This document shows positions 51,247 through 64,000 of a stretch of 64,000 bases of DNA, piece after piece. The notes beneath the pieces are model-generated. The model was not told the DNA's origin, searched no databases, and saw nothing but the letters and a program-made list of their open reading frames with translations. Both the position numbers and the translations under genes were made by a program. How positions within the stretch are numbered: position 1 is the stretch's first letter; each line of letters opens with the position of its first letter. This DNA comes from Curvularia clavata (taxonomy: Eukaryota): assembly GCA_023920165.1 (NCBI GenBank), contig CP089278.1:1736001-1800000 (forward strand), written 5' to 3'.

Positions 51247-54200
51247 GTTGAAATTGACGTTGATTGCAGTGTAGTATTTGAGTAGTATCAGGGTTGAATG
51301 TATGGATGGAAGTTATAGCGTATTGCAATTCAGAAAGTTAAGAGGAAAAGTGAACTTGTGATATCGATTATATGATGTCAATACTAGTAAGTAAAGGCAG
51401 GGTACAGTATCTTACTGCCTACACCGCCGTACATCCACCAAGTTTCTTACAGTGGGTCAGGTAAAGGTAAAGGTAAAGGTACAGAATATTTGCTTAGCAG
51501 ACAGGTTGAATAATTATTGTGAAAGAACCAAAGACATCAATTGAATAAGGTTTCTTGCTAGAATAACTACTTACTAGGCCATGTGATAGTATACACTAGT
51601 CCCAATATCCCACGTGCCACCATCACTGCCGTTGGTCTTAATACGATTAGACTGTCACTGCGAATTGTACAGTACTTGCGCAGCACCTATATCTATCCTA
51701 GTGCCAAGTCTTTTCGAGGTTATAGCTGGTTGTTCTGGAATTATATCGTAGTTGAAGCGCTCCTTCAACTTCTGGTCATAAGCACGTCAATCATAGGTTA
51801 AAGCTGGCTATGGAGCACAACTAATGTGACCACTGTTTGCCTAATTCTACAATATATGTATTTTATTAGCTTCGATAAAGTTGTTCGACATTATGAAGCT
51901 GTGACAACTACAGTGTTACTTGTATCACAATTCATCCTGGAATAGATTTGATTGGGCTACAGCATTGGTAGAAAAAAAGAGCTCCAAAGCTCAATACTTC
52001 CCTATAATTACTTGACGAGAATAGAATCCAAAAGCATACTGAAGATGAGCCCCGCGAAAGAGAATCTCACTGCCAATGAGATCCCTAAGCTAATAGATCC
52101 AATTTTATATCAGTATCATGATGGGCATTCCGAAACTTATGGTGCTTCTTGGTAAGACAATCCTCATCATCGGCCTCGAAGCGAGCTCGATGGAGCGCAG
52201 TGCCTCGTCAACTGAAGCAACTGGCCTATAATGAGAAGTCAGAAGAAAGTGAATCTCAAGACAGGCCTTATCTTATAGAGCAAAAAATGGAGAAGGTAAC
52301 TTACGAGGTCTTACGCTGCTTATTGTTCTAACTGGAAACACTAGCTCGGAGCTAGACTAAGCGCAACAGTAGAGCCAGAACGCAGGGTAGCCAAGTGGGT
52401 ACATGCATGAGAGTGCCATAATACCCAAAACAATCAATACTATCCCCTTATTTTACAATTTTCTTTCATTTACTAGAGAGACCTACCAAGCTTTTCTTCT
52501 ATTTCAAAACAGCCAATATTGTCGTATTGGTGGCATGGGCAATTTAATAAAAAGGAATGCTCTAAAATACCTGGTGTTGTAAGCAACGCGAAGTTTGCTG
52601 GAAGAGCGATGTACGATCGTGTCTTAATCTATAATCCTCTGTGAAGACTCTCGAGAGGTCGAGGAAAGGGAGTCGTATTTTGCATGAAGTGATGACGAAG
52701 ATGATGCGGGAAAGTGGATAGCCCTCAGGCTACAGTTATTGTAGACACGTATCCGCTCGTCACTCAAGAAGCAGTGTGATCTAGGTCTCGCCAAATGATT
52801 AAAGATACTCATATGACATGGCAATGTGAGACAAAGAAACATAGCAATGCTGGCATTGTTAGTTCGCAGCAGCAATGTTAATGAAGTCGGACGTGCGACT
52901 GAAAAAAAACTGATGTCGTGAACTCGTACCGCCTTTAACATTTAATGTTCATGCAGATATAAAGCTCTCAGATATCAATACCTTGAATGTCGATTCTTTC
53001 ATCCACAAGGACAGCCGTCTGTGACAGGATATGCAGCTTCTATGACGGGCCACTTGAATATGCCCGAACAGCTAAAGCTGCAACAAGCTCTGAGCACGCG
53101 CATGATGCTTTCACCTGAGAAGCACAGTAGGATGGAGATTACAAAGGCGAAGCTTGGTATTGATAAAGCAATTAGATGTTTATAAGGAGTAGCTATCTTC
53201 ACAGTAAAGATCTCAGCCAGCTGTCAAGTTTCTGTCTTTGCTCATCAAGGGGATTATGATGATAAATTCAAGGTTTACTAAGTGATTGTGTCTTCCGCAT
53301 TGATGAAGGAAGTTTTGGCTGCTTCCATTTCAGGGATCCTGAGCAGCAAAGCTAAAACAGTCTCTTTATATACTCTAGTCTGTTGCTTCAAGAATGACAT
53401 TGGATCTCAGTGCTCTTTGTGATTTACGTAGTATATAGCCAAGTCGTATTTGGTCTTTCATCAGTGTATCACCACTTACCACCCGCAAGTGAACAAACAA
53501 CCGAGAAGTTTTTGTGGGAGCACTTTGGTTGGCAAACACAAACAGATCGCGCTAAATGAAAGCAGCAAAAGCTTTTATAATTGTCTGCTACGAGTCAAAC
53601 TTCTTGCCAACCAGCATCTATACTGTACGCATACTTGATTCTATGTTTTCCTGCCCCGAAAGGCTCGGATATTCAAATCTACTCTATGATCCGCGCCCCA
53701 AAATGCTGAAAATTCAACTGCCTCTTTGTATACGCGCTCCGAACACTTGAAATTCATTTCAATCACTTACTATAGATCACAACCTCGCTACTCGAGTATA
53801 ACATAATTTCACCTCACTCTAACACTTTCAAACAACACCCTAATTGGTCATCACCGCTTCTAGAAGCTCGTTCCCATTCCAAAAGTTTCGGCAGTGACGT
53901 CAGTGTGTGCTCATTGTTCGACTTCACCTGAAGGAGGATTCCACGCCACAACTCTCAACCTTTATCTACCCTCAGTTATCTATATCCACAATTCAGCCAC
54001 ATATATTGTATCCTCTATTTTCTTACTTTACTGCCAACTGCCTCGCCATTATCGGCCCCACTCAGCGCTCTCAATCCCATGAGAAGTCTTTCCCAGTGAT
54101 GGTCAGCTTCTCTGTTCTGGAGCATACTGAGGGTGTCTCTAGCTCCTTCGTCTTGAGCAACTTCGAGCCGAACCCGCCTGAGATCCTTCTTTCCAAGCCA

Positions 54201-56999
54201 AAGCTCTAGGTTCATGAAAATGCTGTTCAAGAGTGTCGAAACAAGGTTGTAGCGCCGAATGCAGAGGTTTTGACACGAGGCAAACAGTTCTACGAGCCGA
54301 CTGATGCCCAAATTCTCACCATGGCCAACATCATCCTAAGCGCTCATCCGAAAACATACAACCATCTTTCACAGTCCATTACAAAGAAGCTCCTTTAGTG
54401 GCTGCGCATTGGGCTGGGATGTCAGCGACCTCATCATGTTAATAGGCGACTGGCGACAGTTGGCATTCACCCCCTACGGTTCAGAGTCTAACAACGCGTT
54501 TCGATCCTAACTATCACGTTCGACCTTCAGCCGGCTGGAATACTTTAGCTTTCCTATTCAAGTGCTCATTCACATCTCACGGTTCACGAGCGATCCGCTC
54601 CTCCTTTGTGGTGTCTTAACAACGAGCCACGCATACGCGCAATGCCAGGTTTGTTCAATGCGGAGCGCGAGAACGAGGCAAAGCGGATAAATCAGAAGAC
54701 ATGAAACATAAATAGTGTTATTGGCGTCGTCAATACCGACAACGCTGTCGCATCGGATTGCGCGACAGGTTCTATCCAAACTGCCCTCACCGCTATGCAC
54801 GACACGACACAACATTTTCAGCACATTGGAGGCGAGAGTATACTGGTGAAAATCCCGTGCAGTTCTCAGCTGTCTCTCTCCTGTTTGTTTTGCGAGATAT
54901 TTATTTAGAGTACCATAATATCATAAATTTTGTATGATGGATCATATGAGTCTAGACATGTTCGTATCTGTCTCGTGTCCCTAAGAGCTGAAAAGTGTGT
55001 TTGATCAGAGTTGGTGAGCACAGTTTCTTCCGATTATTTTGGTACACCCAGCGGGCGCCACCAGGCCTGTACCTACTTATAGCATCTTGGCTGGGCTACT
55101 GTATTTAGTTCAAGGCATCTACTGTCCTTAGCCTTGCTGAACCTTGTACTTCTTTGTATTTACCATCCTTTAGCTGTCTCTTGCAACGAGACTATGATGA
55201 CGGCGGGATAACGCGACGGCCTCATTGGACCATACGTTCTCAAGCTATTGCATATGATCATGTACTGCATCCTGTATTCAGTAAAGTAAATAACGTAGGT
55301 GGCACCCACGCGATACTATTCCGAAGCCCCAGTGACGGTAAACCAACACCTATCATCATTGAATGCCTGTCAACTAGCGGGCCCCTCCATCGAACTCAGA
55401 CGCCGATATGGTCAACCGGATCTGCGCGACCGAGATGGCATTTGCGACAAGGCTATCACGAGCGGTGGTTGGATACCGAGATCTCAATCTTTCGCCCGCT
55501 CCTTGCATGCCAAGGTTACACGGCATCATCAACCTTACGCATCAACTGTCATTGCTTGTTGTGCCATAAACAGCCATTAACTGCGGTTTACCTTAGCTCG
55601 GGTGTTTGGAAAGCCCTGAGAAATAACAAAGAGATTAAGTTTGGAAATAACAGAGTATGTACATTGCCTGAGGTCAAACTACAAGCCGTCCTCGTGACCC
55701 CTCTTTTTCTGCTGCAGAGTGCTTACGAGGCTTTACCGGTCAACCGAATTCTGCTCAAGCTGTTACCGCTAGGCAATTGATACACCTACAGTATCGGAAA
55801 CTGTTAGAAGCAGACCGGTGAGCAGATAGTGACTGTAAGACAACGACGGTCTCGCCGCCTGCGTCAGACTTGGCGACCAGACTGCGTTTGTATTACAACT
55901 GCAACTTGAGCTGGGCATTCCAACCCGCCTCGGTCATCCATGACACCGCGGGATAGCCTCAAATAAGTCTTTTCTCACCAAGAGTCCGTATTACAAATTC
56001 CTCCAAGTTTTCAATCTCCACGAGCCCTTGGGGGAGATCTTAAAATATTGTGTAGACAGGCTATAGCCGTCTAGTGCATAATTCCAGGTGTTGGTTCTGC
56101 TTCTCGTGCCTCGATTCGTCCCTGCCTTGCGCCTTACACATGTCAATTGCTCGATCCTGCAGTACTAGGCTCCCTGCGCGGACTTCCCGAAGCTTGTCTT
56201 CGATATGTCAATGGCTCTTTCCGATTTGATCATCCTTTGTATTGCGTCGATGGAGGTCAACCGTTTGACGACGGCTGTCCACGTCAACTTTTGTCACGCT
56301 CGTCTTCCATCAAAGAAGCGGTCAAACTCATAGAAATTGGCCACATCTTTGATATGATTTGAAGGAGTAGCTGTTGCAAAACCACCCTACTTTATCAAGT
56401 GTGCTGCACCAGATATCGTTTATGGCGGGTAGCGAGTTTCGTGTAGCCACGTACTGCGTTTAGATGTTCTTGGGAACCGAGTTTCCTCGTGAATGCCGTG
56501 ATCGCCACTCGGAGTGACCGTCCAAAACCCATGTCCAGCGGATGTGTGATATCAAGCCTAGCTTTACGATACTATCATTCGTCTTAGCAGTTTCTTTTGC
56601 GCATTCTCCTTGGGCAACTAAAATCATGCGGATCGATTTTGGGTTTTGCAAGTTTAACGGCGAGCCCGTAACATTACATTTGTTTGATCTTGATTCGTTG
56701 TATCGATATCGGAGATTGATATGCATTTTGACGTGGGCACATCAACATGTACGTCAATAGATGGTCCGCGCGTACAAAGTATCGTCGTCTTCGAATATAT
56801 ATGTCCAACATTCCATCGTGGTCTCGGACGCGTTCAAAACCTGATGCACCTCCGCCAGCCCATCAGTTCTTATATATGTTTTGAGGCAGCAAGACGCTAG
56901 GAGATCATCTTTCTGCATAAACATACATCTTTTGTCATACAATCCGCCTCCAGCCGCACATTGGTGTTGCATGCCAGACGGACATAGTTTGTAAATTCG

Positions 57000-57823
57000 A
57001 TGCCTACGAAAAGCGAAGAGTCAGACCTGCGATGGGACAGAATGAAAGCCCGTGAGTCTCAATGGAAAAGTTCGCAAAGGAGCCCCCAGTCGTCGACTGC
57101 CAAGAAACTTGTCGACTCAACTGATCTTGGGTCTATTGGAGCTCATTTCGACTGTGCTTCCGAGAGCGAATCTTATCCTGAGAGAATTGATGACTTCACC
57201 GATGAAACTTATCCCGGTTGCGACTCACCGAGGCTTCGAGAGAGCATCCTTCAGGGACAGCCAGACTCAAATAGCAATAGCCCAAAGCCGGCGCCAACAG
57301 CATACCTGGGACATGGATCATATCTCCCGCCATTGGAAGTGAAGGAATACCAACGCCAGCGGTCGATCAACAGTAAGTCTGCTAAGTAAATATTGAGCCA
57401 ATGACGGGTCATGCCTTGAGGGATGGCCGCGACTCGAAGGTCGAATTTTGCTCACCATGTAGTAGAAAGGCGTCCCTTATCTGTGTCAACTGTCGATTTC
57501 GCAGTCGATGACCATAGCCCAACACTCCGCCGCGGAGCTTATGTCCCTTCGGTTAAGAATCCAACGTTATACAATCAGTCCATCTGCACAACTCACAACG
57601 GAAATCGGAGGCGAGATGATGAGTCTGTGTCTCTATACTCAGTGCCAGACTACAAAGGCAAGCTCGGAAAATTGAATGAAAGCGAAAAGAAATAAGCATG
57701 GACACTATTCACTTCGGCGGGAGCCTGAGCGACTGGAATAGCCTTGGCGTTGGCGACGGGCATCTTCTACAATAGCCGATGTGATGAAAGAAGATATTCT
57801 ACAGCCCGTGACACACTCTGCTG
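57000..57823 (+). pseudogene. Possible decayed gene for an S-rich, tail-anchored-like protein
   Basis: ORFs 57000-57389 and 57423-57695 share one frame and can be joined by GTAAGT(57373)..GAG(57420). After TAA the same frame continues 'AWTLFTSAGA*ATGIALALATGIFY'. Confidence 0.3.
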
Positions 57824-58777
57824 ATCGTCGCATTATGCGTTTCCTTGTTTCCAGATACTTGGGACTCCACGTATCCTGCTTGTTGCTTTTCTTGACATGT
57901 CACATTAGTACAACATTAGTGAATCCATATTTTTTATTCACCCCTCTTTCTGCAACAGCAATTGTCCGTGGGAATGTTCTTTCCGTCCGTACATCGGGAA
58001 CTGCTGTCTCTGTGATGGGATCGGCATTGATTAAGAGGTGTATGATTTCAAAATGTTCTTTTTCTGATCGCCGTTGGAGATTAGCCTTCGCTGGCGTTTC
58101 GAGCAAAAGAAAGAGCTGGGTACTATGCGCCCACTGTGGGAATTTAGGCGTCAACCGCTCGACTCCGCGGGCGCCAAATGCGGGGCCGCCTTCTATCACC
58201 GCCGTAGAAAAAGACAGACCCTGGAATAGTCCCAGAGCAGAGCACCATGGCGGAACAAAGTCCCATCAAATCTGCTTTTTTTTCTCCTGCAGCGAGTCTG
58301 GAGAAAAGCATATATGCCGATCACTAAGAGGGTAAAAAAGAAATATCTCCGCACGGAATATGGAAGCACATGCACGATCCGTAATAAGGGCTCTCCCTCA
58401 TTGTCTTGCTAGTCTTGTTGATCCTGCTGGCCCAACAAATCGCCAAAGTGGTATAACCTGCCGAGGGATGGCGGCAGTTACGGAACTAGGTTTGTGACGG
58501 CCTCATTTCGGTGGCTTCATGCACTTTTCACACCGATTGGCAGTTCAGGTTATGAATCTGTGCTCGAACATGTTCACATGCAATGCAGAATGCAGGGCCG
58601 GACTTGGAAACCCAGGAAGCTTTCATTGTCTGCGAGGGACTTGGACAGTGGTGGTGAGTTCCTCAATGCAGTTTTCAAGATATCTACGCCATAATCAAAT
58701 GCCAAGTCTATGGTAACATACGCGAAAGAACAATCGTGGGATAGTGGTTCACTACGTGTCCGTGCCAACCCGTTTAC

Positions 58778-59985
58778 TCATACAAAGTCGTCCCTGGAAG
58801 TCACCGTTGTAGTAACGTGAATGTCCTTGGTCTCTTTCCTGGGCGGGGCTTCCCATGTATTCGCATTTTCTCTCGGCTCATTACAGCCCCTCAGTATCGA
58901 CTCTTCACTTCCAGAACTTCCCATTCTTACAGTGGTCTGCAAAACACTCTCACCAGGACCGACGTAAATCTTGTTTCCAGGCTGGCTGTTCTCTCCACGG
59001 CTGCTCTTTGACTTTGAGTATTCTTTGAGATGATATGAGTCTTTGTTGGACGAATCGCCACGCGAACCATACTTGACACGGACATAGAGCGGACGCAGGA
59101 CAGGTATGCAAGCGCAGACAATGGTCATGCAGACTTCAGATGAGGACCAGAGGAGCATGCTTGCGGTGTCGTATACGTAGTTTTCCATCGACGCAAGCGA
59201 CTGCAACTCAATGGTGCGGACGATTGAGCATGCGCCGGCAAGGATACCAAGAGAAAGACCGAAGGCGATTGTGATCTTCTCCTTTTTCTTCATGTTCAGG
59301 CCCATAAGGACATGCCAAGCTAGGCTGGGTCAGTGGAGTTTGAGTAGTTGCTCAGATCCTTAACTTACGAAGAATGGCAAGGACAAAATCCATAGATGCA
59401 GACCAAGCACCCATAGTGAGACCGACTTGAGTGAAGTTAAGCCAACAGTAGCCGCCTTCAATAGTCCGATCCCACAAAAACGCCGTTGGTACACACTGGG
59501 TGTACAAGAGCGTTGTCGTGATGATGCACAATATAGTGGTGGAAACTATGCAGAACCAGAGGATTCCGATATGCCATTGCTTGACGACGATACGCAAAAG
59601 AAAGAGGGCCACACTTCCTTTCGACGCCGCAATTCCCATTATACATATGCCCTGGCCAATGGCTTCCCACATGATGGCTTTGGAGTAGTCAAGCTCGAGA
59701 CGGATGATATCAGCTGTCTTCTTGCCCACGCCATAGTTGATCCCGATTGACACGCAGGCTACGTAGCCAATGAAGGTAGCCTACACCAGTTAGACAGAGG
59801 ATTGGTGACAGGATTCGACAGAAGTAACTTACTAGGTTCACCAACATCAAAACATCATCCCATCCGAAATTCCGTACAATCCACTGCCGTGTGTAAAGTC
59901 GCAGTGCGATGAAGACAGTGGCAAAGAACACCTGAAACCACATGACTCCATTGAGAATGTCTGCAAAGTCTGTTGGCTTGCCCAT
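58778..59985 (-). CDS. PTH11-like (fungal rhodopsin-domain) 7-TM integral membrane protein, no CFEM domain
   Basis: Exons 59985-59833, 59780-59369, 59319-58778. Motifs 'FIALRLYTR..FGWDD', 'SKGSVALFLLRI', 'QCVPTAFLWD..GGYC', 'DFVLAILPW', 'LWSSSEVCMTIVCACIPVLRPL'. Confidence 0.93.
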
Positions 59986-62063
59986 CTTGATCGCCACTGG
60001 GCAAGTGGTTCTGCTTGTGAGAGGAACCGATAAGTCTCGGTCTGTTGACTCACTGCTCCCCTGAGACAGTATCGTATGGCTTCAGACACCAGTAAGATAG
60101 TGATCTTAGATTAAACGAAAGCCCAAGCTTCAAATAACCGTTGTGCGTGCACAAACGAGTGGAATAGGGCGAAAAAGTGCTTCAACACAAGGCTGAGCAG
60201 TGCATGGAAGAAAGACTCAGATGTCTGCCAAAAATCAGGAGTGCGCTGCTGTTTCTATGTCCTCTTTCAATCAGAAAGACGCTCATGCTGAAGAAGAAAA
60301 AATAGGGTGCATGCGCAAACAATTCCGAGGATCTGGTAGATCTCTCGGTCTCTTAACATCCATCTCGATAGAAAGAGCGGCAGCCTTCAGAGCAGGGCGA
60401 ATCATATGAACCCCGTCCTATTTTCAGGGCCTGCACTCAATGCTTTTCCTTTTGGCGCTAACTCTCTCCCAACGCCTTGGGTTGCTACGTGATGCTGTGG
60501 CTCGAATCCTGCTGCACGAAATTTCAAACAAGGCAACGGTTCCTATACCCCAGCCTGGCTGAGCGTGAAAGAGGAAGAGATCAACCTCTCCGGCCTCTGA
60601 ACTGCCTTTGGCTCAGGCCAGACGAAGGATGGGCACACATAGCTGGCTCAAACCCTAGCGTCGGATGGCCATCCTGATTCCCCGAGAGGCCTGTCCAATG
60701 TCATCCTCTGCAGACGTCTTGGCAACAACTAGCCTTGCCTAATTCAGACGGCCGGCGCGCGTAAACGGTGAAGTACCCTGAACAACCGCGCACTAGTTGC
60801 TCCATCCGCATTTCCCGTGCCGTCTACGTAGGCTGTTATCTTTTTCCTGCTGGACGAAGCTTGAAACAGCACCTTGTTCTGTGCACATACAATCAATACA
60901 GACGATTAACGGGGTGAAATGCGTTGGACCCACCACCGTACTTGTTTAGGATTCGTGCCGAGGAGGGGCCAGAAAAAAAAAATCCCCAAATCTCAGAAGA
61001 AGAGAAGCCGAGTCCGCGTAGGCGTGTGACTATGTGCCGCCTCACGTCGCCAACGTGCGATATTGACGATAATCATCACTCTTGACGGCAAAGAAGTGCA
61101 CGCCTTTTCTAATTGCAAGCCATACATAAGCCACAATGGATTATCACATTAGTCCGCCCGAGAGGTGACGGACAGAGAGACACTAAGGGATCGCATCCAT
61201 GTTCAGGACGGCGCATATACTCGTACATACATATGTATGTTGCTGGCGGCCGGCCGGCTTAAAGCCGAAAAAGACATGGCTCTCCATCAGGATTTGCTTC
61301 GAAATCGTAGAGTGGATTAGCATAGCAGACGCTTCGGGCCGTTGTATACGCGCTGTCAACCACTGGGGGGGCCGCTATCTGCGGCCCGGTTAACGCAGGT
61401 GGGGGGAAGGATCAGCTGGGGCCTATCCACACTTTGCTTTTTACGGCCATTGGTCCCGACTGAGCGCAGGTGCAGCAAAGAGAGCCTTCTTCGCGAGATC
61501 GCTTTCGCATGCCCTACCCGTCTTCCTCGATATCAACATGTACCGTCTTACATGCTCCTGCACCCGACACTGTGGCGTGGGATCTGCTATCTCTTCTCGC
61601 GTGGGCGGCCTCAGCCGTGTTCCTCTCCCTAGTCACGGGATCTTCACGGGAAGATCACACTCTCCGTGCCGCAATCTTTGCCTGGGGTGTTGCGGAAGAG
61701 CAGTGGCCTGCCGACACGATTCCAAACCCCGGTGCGTCCAATCATGAGACACACACAGGTTACGGTGGTGGGGCGGGGTGCAAAAGTAATGCAAGATCTA
61801 AAGCCAGAGTGGCAATGTTGGTTTCTTACGGCGGTACACGACTCTTCCTATGGTAAAACGCCAACAAGCCATGCAACAGAGACGGCCTGCTAGTCCCACA
61901 CGCTCACCCCCCCCCCCACTCGAGGTAAATGATGTGCATGCTTGGTGGCAGCTGCCCATTCTTAGAGGGTCTTGATTCCCGATTTTTCAGCTGTGATTGT
62001 GATTTCGTTTCATCCCCTACCTCGATCTGAAATCACACTGCAGGTGACAACCACTGTGTTACC

Positions 62064-63996
62064 ATGGCGCTGGCGGGACTTCTCGTGAAGGCAGTCAGCC
62101 TTGGGGCTGTCTTTGTCATCACCCAATATGTTTTGGCTTACCTTCAATCTCCACTCAAGAATATCCCTGGCCCGTTCCTAGCTAAGTTCTCGAACATTTG
62201 GCGCTTCCTCAACCACTATGGCCAGACCCACATTGAAACGCAGAGGAAGCTCCACGAACAGCACGGTGACATTGTTCGTCTCGGCCCTAATACCGTCAGT
62301 ATTGCTGATGCCAACCTCATCAAAACGATCTACAATACCCGTGGAACTTTCCTAAAGGTAACCCTACACCGCTCCACACAGACATGACTTGTACAAATTG
62401 CTGACCCGTGAAAAGAGCGACTACTATGTAAGATATTTGCAACGGCCTATAAGCATTTAAAAGGCTGACGGCTCTCTGGACCATTAACGATGCCCTTCAA
62501 GATGGGCAACTTATCCAAAACATCTTCAGTACACGCAGCAATGAGTTTCATTCCAGAACTGTCAAGCCCGTACAGAAGCTATACAGTCTTCAGAATGCCC
62601 TCCAAATCGAAAACATAATGGACGATGACCTCCGCGTCTTTTGTCACCACCTTGAAACACGCTTCATCAAAGGGGCTAACAAGGGCAAGACTTGTGACAT
62701 CGCAGACTGGATCTCCTTTTTCGCGTGGGACTTTCTCGGCGACATGACCTGGAGCAAGCGTATTGGTTTTATGGACCAGGGAGAAGATGTTGGTGACATG
62801 TTCGTGGCTACCAGTCTAAATGGCACGTGACATATATGCTAATCGGACTTGGTAACCTCTAGGCTAGGTACCGCTGAACGTGTGATGCGTTATTTCTCTG
62901 TGGTAAGTAATTGCGGACATATCCCACTAGCCCATGATAACACACTGGATTCGAACAGGTGCTGATTTCATCCAGGTTGGTCAGATCCCTGCTCTTGACA
63001 AATGGCTCGGGAAGAATCCAAACTGGCCTCGCTCTCTCTACAAATTCGATGACTTCTCGGTCGCTGCGGGCTTCTCTGTAGAGCGCTTTATGGAGCGCAT
63101 GCAGAATCCCGATCTTGGCAATGGCAAGAAAGACTTTCTCAACGGCTTTCTCCAAGCAAAGGAGGAGCATCCTGAGCTCGTCACCGACAACGAAGTCATT
63201 GGGTACATGATTATCAATGTGAGTAATATGTTGCGGAAATGTAGTACGAGTGACACTGCATTCCAGGTTCCCATACATCAAGTTGCAGGTCCTGACAATT
63301 CAATAGGTTCTTGGTGGCGCAGATACACTCGCCATTGTTATGAAAGGTATCTTCTATCATCTCCTCAAGTCGCCTGCATGCAAGGCGCGGTTAGTACAAG
63401 AACTACACTCTGCACGCCTGTCTTATCCAACTCCCTACACCAGCATTGAGCAGCTTCCTTACCTTGATGCTTGCATCAAAGAAGGCCTCCGCATGCACCC
63501 TGTTGTCGGCCAGCTCTTTGAGCGGATCGTGCCAGCTTCGGGCCTTACCTTGGCTGACGGAACAACACTGCCACCGGGTACAATCGTTGGCGTGAATCCG
63601 TGGGTGATCCACTACAAGGAGGACGTATACGGGGAGAAGCCTTACGAGTTCCGCCCGGAGCGCTGGTTGCGTGGCGAGAAAGAAGATGTGGCCGCCTTCG
63701 AGGCTAGGATCAGAAAGATGAAGGACGCCGACATGGCATTCGGAGGTGGGAACCGCGTCTGCATCGGCAAGCCCCTTGCTCTGGTAGAAGTATACAAGGT
63801 TGTTGCTACGGTATTTGGAAAGTACCAGGTAAGGCGGCTCATCGCAAATTTCTTAGAATTGTGTGCATTGAGCATGTGTTGACAATTTGACTAGATTGAA
63901 CTTGAGGATCCAAGCAAAGAATGGGATTTGCACAAGCAGTGGTTTGTGTGGCCACACAATATAAAGGTCAAGCTGAGCATATTTGATAACGTCTAG
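62064..63996 (+). CDS. Cytochrome P450 monooxygenase (one splice acceptor is non-canonical; may be defective)
   Basis: N-terminal anchor, 'IPGP', 'IVRLGPN', I-helix 'VLGGADT', EXXR 'KEGLRMHP', 'PERW', heme motif 'FGGGNRVCIG'. Exons about 62064-62357, 62416-62427, 62480-62799, 62863-62902, 62976-63219, 63307-63828, 63895-63996. Confidence 0.9.
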
Positions 63997-64000
63997 TTGA

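Noticed and set aside
51459..51481. (AGGTAA)n as a telomere-like seed
   Set aside because: Only about four units and it does not match TTAGGG; an ordinary microsatellite.
55154..55780. 208-aa ORF as a real gene
   Set aside because: TTG start, no recognisable motif, and it lies within the degenerate interval.

Overview
Eukaryotic genomic DNA from a filamentous ascomycete. The short GT-AG introns with CTRAC branch sites are seen directly; a Dothideomycete/Pleosporales origin is inference. Positions 1-51,250 are gene-dense: a large Q/P-rich unknown protein (running off the left edge), a DUF3074-like protein, a SAM+HMG-box regulator, a WRN/EXD2-type 3'-5' exonuclease, phosphomannomutase, a secreted GMC oxidoreductase, TRM112, YTM1, ZW10/Dsl1, an M16 metallopeptidase, a RhoGEF-BAR-SH3 protein head-to-head with a 10-exon telomerase reverse transcriptase (TERT), an SBE2/TBC protein, eIF2-gamma, an INSIG-family protein and a small acidic protein. 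About 51.3-58.7 kb holds no clearly intact gene and looks like decayed coding sequence. The window ends with a divergent PTH11-like membrane protein / cytochrome P450 pair. I found no tRNA, rRNA, CRISPR array, intact transposon or telomerase-RNA template, and no unmistakable new multi-gene system. The best leads are RNA-level features: enlarged, structured 3' TERT introns with stop-generating cryptic acceptors, G-quadruplex/telomere-like motifs upstream of TERT, a possible second terminal exon of eIF2-gamma, cryptic N-terminal extensions of the exonuclease, and a GG-for-AG acceptor in the P450. All exon boundaries were inferred by eye and need RNA evidence.
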